A stretch of DNA of 64,000 bases from the human T2T-CHM13v2.0 reference genome, Homo sapiens. Positions 59,453 through 64,000 of this stretch are shown one piece after another (position 1 is the stretch's first letter; every line of letters begins with the position of its first letter). The stretch lies in the NCBI RefSeq assembly GCF_009914755.1, contig NC_060934.1, one strand, 5' to 3'. Under the pieces are notes generated by a model. The model worked only from the letters and a program-made list of their open reading frames with translations, was not told the DNA's origin and made no database searches. The position numbers and the translations under genes are program-made.

Positions 59453-59750
59453 GAAGAGAGGCCAGGGTCCAACCAGGCACCCGTCCTTGGGGCCAGCAGT
59501 AGACCCCCCACTCTCCCCACCCCTGGCCCACTGTGGTGTGTGCTGGGCAAATGTGGCCTGAATGCTAGGTAGGCTTCCCCTTCCTTCCTCACTCTCTCCA
59601 GCTGGATTCTGGAGCTGTTCTCCATCCATGAGAGTGGCTGGCAATGGCTGCTCTCAATCCCTTGAGGGAGAAGAGCCCCTGGAGGGCCTGGCATGTTTGC
59701 CCTGCTCTGCCTGGGACTGAGCGAGTGGACTTAGGGCTGGGCAGGCAGTA

Positions 59751-59767
59751 GCCACCAGAGGGCAGCA
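59751..59767 (+). promoter_or_regulatory. Candidate CTCF site in the ZFYVE27 3' UTR
   Basis: GCCACCAGAGGGCAGCA is a perfect match to CCASYAGRKGGCRS. Confidence 0.6.
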
Positions 59768-61026
59768 GCGAACTAGGCCAGGCCTGACTGGGGTCTGAAG
59801 ATCAGGGTCAGTGTGGCTATGCCTGGGAATTCCAGACCTGAGGTTGGGAAAAGAGGTTTTTCTCCTGCAGGGTACTGGGCCAGGCCCTCAGCCTCAGAGA
59901 GCCTGCAGAAGGGCTTGGGAGTGCCACACCCCATCTCTGCTGATTGAATGTCCCTCCAGGCACCAGGATCTCATCATTTCCCCATCAGAGGGTGTGGCCA
60001 GGCCTAACAAGACCATGGGTGCTTCTAGAAACAGGGTTGAAGTTCCCAGATTCCCTGAGAGGAGAATGTGTATAGGAGGGTTTGGCTGAGTCCTTCAGCG
60101 TTAAGTGGAGGAAAGCTTGGGGAAGCCCCAATAGCTGGACAGACCTCAGCCTCCCCTCGAAGACACCTCAATTCACAGACTCTCAGCCCACACAATGCCC
60201 CAGTGTCCCCAGCTCCGCTGGAGCAGCTGCAGGGCACTTGGATCACAACTTCTGCACCCTCTGTCCAGAGTCTAGGGCAGTCCTCCACTGGCCCAGCACT
60301 CCAGTTTCCTTTCCCTGCCTCTTGTCCAATGGAGTGGGAGGCCAGGTGAGTGGAGCAGAGGTCCTGAAGCCCTTGACCCCTGGGGGCCTGGGTAGTGTAG
60401 GATCTCGCTGGGCTGGGTCCTGGATTCCAGGGCTATTCCCTGGAGGACAGTCTCAGTTATGGGATAAGGCCCCCTGGGGGTCTCCATTTCTTTCCAACAG
60501 TTTCATGTTCACTACTGGACTCTTACGGGCTCAGTATCTCTCCCTTAGCCATGAGCTGGCTCAGGCATCCCTTCCCTTCCCTGGAGCTGCCCTGCCTTTC
60601 TCAAGTATTTATTTATTTATTGCATGGTTCCTGGGAACATGTGGCACAAGTAATGGGATGAGGAGGAATTGGGGGTGGGGGTCTTCTACCTAGGACTCTT
60701 CCCTGGAGTCATGGGCTGCCTGGGACCCAGGACCCATGAGGGGGCTGAGAGGTTTCTACACTCGAGGAGCAGGGGTCCAGAGAGGCAGGCTGGGGAGGCA
60801 AGGGACCCATCCTAGGCCCGCTTTCTTGCCGAGCCAAGCAGCTTAGCTGGGGCTGTGCAGCCAGGGGCTTACCCAGGCCAGTGGAGGTGCCACAGCCCTG
60901 GGGAGCCAGACAGGCTTTGGTATCGTATCGCCTCTGTGTCCTTTTAAGAGAGGAGAGTTCAGTACCCCGTGCTTTCTTTACACTGGAGAGGAACTAAAAG
61001 GATCTCTGTGTCTATGGAGAATTGTC

Positions 61027-61070
61027 AATAAAAAGGCCTCAAGCTTCTTGTTTTTGTCATGTCTTTGTGT
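61027..61070 (+). terminator. ZFYVE27: ZFYVE27 poly(A) signal AATAAA plus U/GU-rich downstream element
   Basis: AATAAA at 61027-61032 followed by cttcttgtttttgtcatgtctttgtgt. Confidence 0.88.
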
Positions 61071-63634
61071 TGGCATTTTCCCTGAGGCTGGAAGACCAGA
61101 TCTCTCTGGCACTGCTGGAGTTTTGCAGGCCTGGGCAATTCCTGCAGGACCAGGCTGAGGGGCGGGCCTTTGGGGCACCATGGTGGCAGGGGCGTGGGGG
61201 CTGCAGCCTGGTCTGGGTATGAGCTGGGGGCCAAGAGGAGGAAAGCTGTGCCTTGCACGCAGGAGAGGCTCAGCAAATGCTTGTCGGATTGACTTGAGGC
61301 CCAGTCTTGTGACCCAATTGTGAGGGCCCAGCACTGGGGGTTGGGGTTGGGACTAGAACTTGGTAAACCCCAAACAATGCAGGCTTTACAACGGAAAGAT
61401 TTTAACTAATCCCTCTGAGAAAGCCAGAAAGGGTCAGCCTTCAGGGAGGCTGAGAGCAGCAGGAAAGAGGATTGGACATGAGATGGGAAGTGCAAGCCAT
61501 GCCCTGAGCTGGGGCAGGTGGGTGGTGGGTGGCTGGGTGCTGGGCACTGGTGAGGGCTTTGCGTGCAGTATCTCATTTATTGCTCACAGCAACTCTGAGG
61601 TAGGCACTGTTCCCCTGAAGTAGGAGCAGAGTCCCTGCAGCAGTAGAGGGTGGTGCCTGGCGCCTGCTGTGGCCCACCTCCATGCTTGGACCCCTTTACC
61701 ATCTGTTGGAGCGGTGCTGGGGCCCATTGGCATAGGGGTGCTGCCCCCAGGCTCACTGTGCTTTCCTCCTCTGGAAAGTGCACCTGATGGTGATGCATAG
61801 CTTGTGCGGGTGCTGTGAGAGAAATGAGAGAGTCGACGGGAGGCATGGGGCCCGGTGCCTGGCATGCTGGACACGCTGGCTCCTGTCATCCTGGCCACCT
61901 TCAGAGGACAAACAGCTCTGTCCTGGGTGGCTTAGAACAGTGATTTATTTTTTTTAAACCAGAGTGTAATTTTAGATGATTCTTCAGAGAAGAGTATCAG
62001 AGAGGCACAAGTGTAGTTTGGAAAAGCAGTCAATGCATTTTATTTTTGGAAAATGAAAATGCCAAATGTTGGTGAAATCTCAACCATAACAGCAGTAACT
62101 TGAAGTCTGTGCCTGCAGGCATGGATTACAGAGATGGGAGAAGCATGAGTTTCCATCCTTGGGTAACAGCCTCCGAGAAGGGGATGCTAGAGGGCCTTGT
62201 CCCCTGGAGGTGCCCCTGAGAGTAGGCAGGGGACATAACTTTAAATTGCAGGTACCGCTGGGAAGCGAAGTCACGGAGGGATTGTGCTTCACAACTGGCT
62301 GCGTCCACAGCATGGAGAGGACCTGCACGTGGGTGGCCTACAAGACAAACTGTCCATGTTTGAAAAAAAAACCAATTTGTTCTCAGGCCCCTGAGGAGGG
62401 GATGGGGAACCAGACTCTGCTGCAGCCCTCGTGCCTGCTGGGGCAGGTCTGGGGCTCCAGCTCCCACAGCCTGGCGTGGGCTGAGGGCTCTGCCAATCCT
62501 TTTTGTGGTTGGTTGTGTTGAGCAGCCTCCCGTGAGCCATGGCCGACCTTGAGCTGGCAGTGGTTTCTGGGATCTTCAGGATTTTCAGCCCTCGGGGCTG
62601 AAGCCATATGAAGTTCTGTCTTCATCCCCTTGTCTCCCTGGAACCTTTGAGGCACCCCTTAAGAGAGGCCCTGGCCCAGCATCTGTCTTACAGCTGGTGG
62701 CCCTCAGGATAACACCTACATTGATGGAGCACCTGTGCCAGGCACCATGCTGAGTGCATCATCTCATCGAGACCTCATGACAATCTCCAAAAGTAGGTTC
62801 TGTTGTTAACTCTGTTTAACTGACGAGTAAAAGGAGGTGTGGGGAGGTTAGGGAACCTGCCCAAGGTCACATAGCTAGTAAGTCGTGGAGCCGGGATGTG
62901 AATTATGCCACATGAGCTTGCAGGGGCCTCATAAGAGAACCTTTGGAGGAACAGAGCAATCCTGGGTGCCACCCTCCCCCTCTTTCTGCCTGGCCCCCAC
63001 TGGCTCCAGGAGCTAGCCACTGAGCTAACAAGAAGGCCTACCCACTAAGCATGGCCTCTCTCCTCTCCTCCCTCCCACCCCCAGCCCTAGCGAAATGGGC
63101 TCAGCCACAAGAACAGAGGCAGCCTTGTGGCCGGAGCTCCCCCAGCTCCCAGCAACCCCACCTCCGGCCTGGTCGGGTATGTTTCAACACCCCAGAGCAG
63201 CACATTCCATTCTCTGGCACAGCTGGGGGCTGGGGATTCCGGATTCCCCTGGCTGCCTGTGTTCTTCACAGCCCCAGCAGAGCCTGCTGTCTGGGCTGGG
63301 ACATGGGGTCCCAGCCACACACATTCCAGCAGCAACCACCCCCCCATGTTACATTTCCCCAGGAGTGAACTTCAGCCAGGATTACAGGCGACTAAACAGT
63401 TGTGGGATGTGAGCTTCCTTTGTGGAGACCTAAGGCTGGATGCTGGCAGGGCTGAGAGGGGAGAAGGGGTTGGGGGTGGGCTGTCTTTGGGAATTAGGAG
63501 AAAAGCCACTGGCTCCTCTGCCTCTGTCAGGACCCTTGGAGTGGGATTGGAACAGGGCTCCCAGAAATCTTCCTGTGAGGCAGGCTGGCAGAAGCATGGC
63601 TGCCTGCACCCCTGAGCCTTGGCTTTGCCCCTAC

Positions 63635-64000
63635 CGATAGTAGTATAGTGGTTAAGAGCATGAAGTCAAATTCTAGCACTGCCATGTGCAAGCTGTGTGA
63701 CCTCCAACAAGTTCCTTAACCTCTTTGAGCCTCAGCCACCATCACTGAAATGCCACTACCTCAAATGGCTGTTGGGAGGCTTAAATTAGAATGCAAAAGC
63801 TGGGTGAGGCACAGTGGCTCATGCCTGTAATCCCAGCACTTTGGGAGGACAAGGAGGGAGGATTGCTTGTGTCCAGGAGTTTGAGAGCAGCCTGGGCAAC
63901 ATAATGAGACTTCAACTCTAAGAAAAATAAGAGATTAGCCGGGCATAGTGGCATGCTCCTGTGGTCCCAGCTACTTGGGAGGCTGAGGCAGTGGGATTGC
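63635..64000 (+). mobile_element. MIR followed by an AluJ (from about 63799, runs off the window)
   Basis: tagtggttaagagcat...ctgtgtgacct...cctctttgagcctcag; Alu consensus. Confidence 0.8.

Noticed and set aside
60082-60693. 203-aa ORF in the ZFYVE27 3' UTR
   Set aside because: Non-ATG start, downstream of the stop, no homology recognised
61100-64000. Exons of the neighbouring gene SFRP5
   Set aside because: No Frizzled-CRD or netrin-domain coding sequence found; the gene presumably lies beyond the window

Overview
Human (primate) genomic DNA, recognisable as the chr10q24 MARVELD1-ZFYVE27 locus. Both genes are on the + strand and each has a CpG-island promoter. MARVELD1 has a single-exon 173-aa CDS (14037-14558), a predicted intron inside the 3' UTR (16146-17353) and a GATAAA poly(A) signal. 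ZFYVE27 (protrudin) is complete: a non-coding exon 1 plus 12 coding exons that join in frame to 411 aa. It includes the FFAT exon with tandem acceptors, the 21-nt neuronal microexon L and an atypical FYVE domain. The rest is dense in repeats: about 45 Alus, a HERV-K LTR5A-type solo LTR, MLT/MER/LTR41-like LTRs, L1, L2, MIR, DNA MITEs and a 35-nt U2 snRNA retrofragment. I found no convincing new protein-coding gene or wholly new system. The best leads are regulatory: (1) overlapping exon-1 donors that could switch a CUG/AUG uORF into an N-terminal extension of protrudin; (2) NMD-type architecture in MARVELD1; (3) an anti-U2 sequence in ZFYVE27 intron 1; (4) CGC instead of UGC upstream of microexon L. 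Repeat family names and boundaries are by-eye recognition and approximate.
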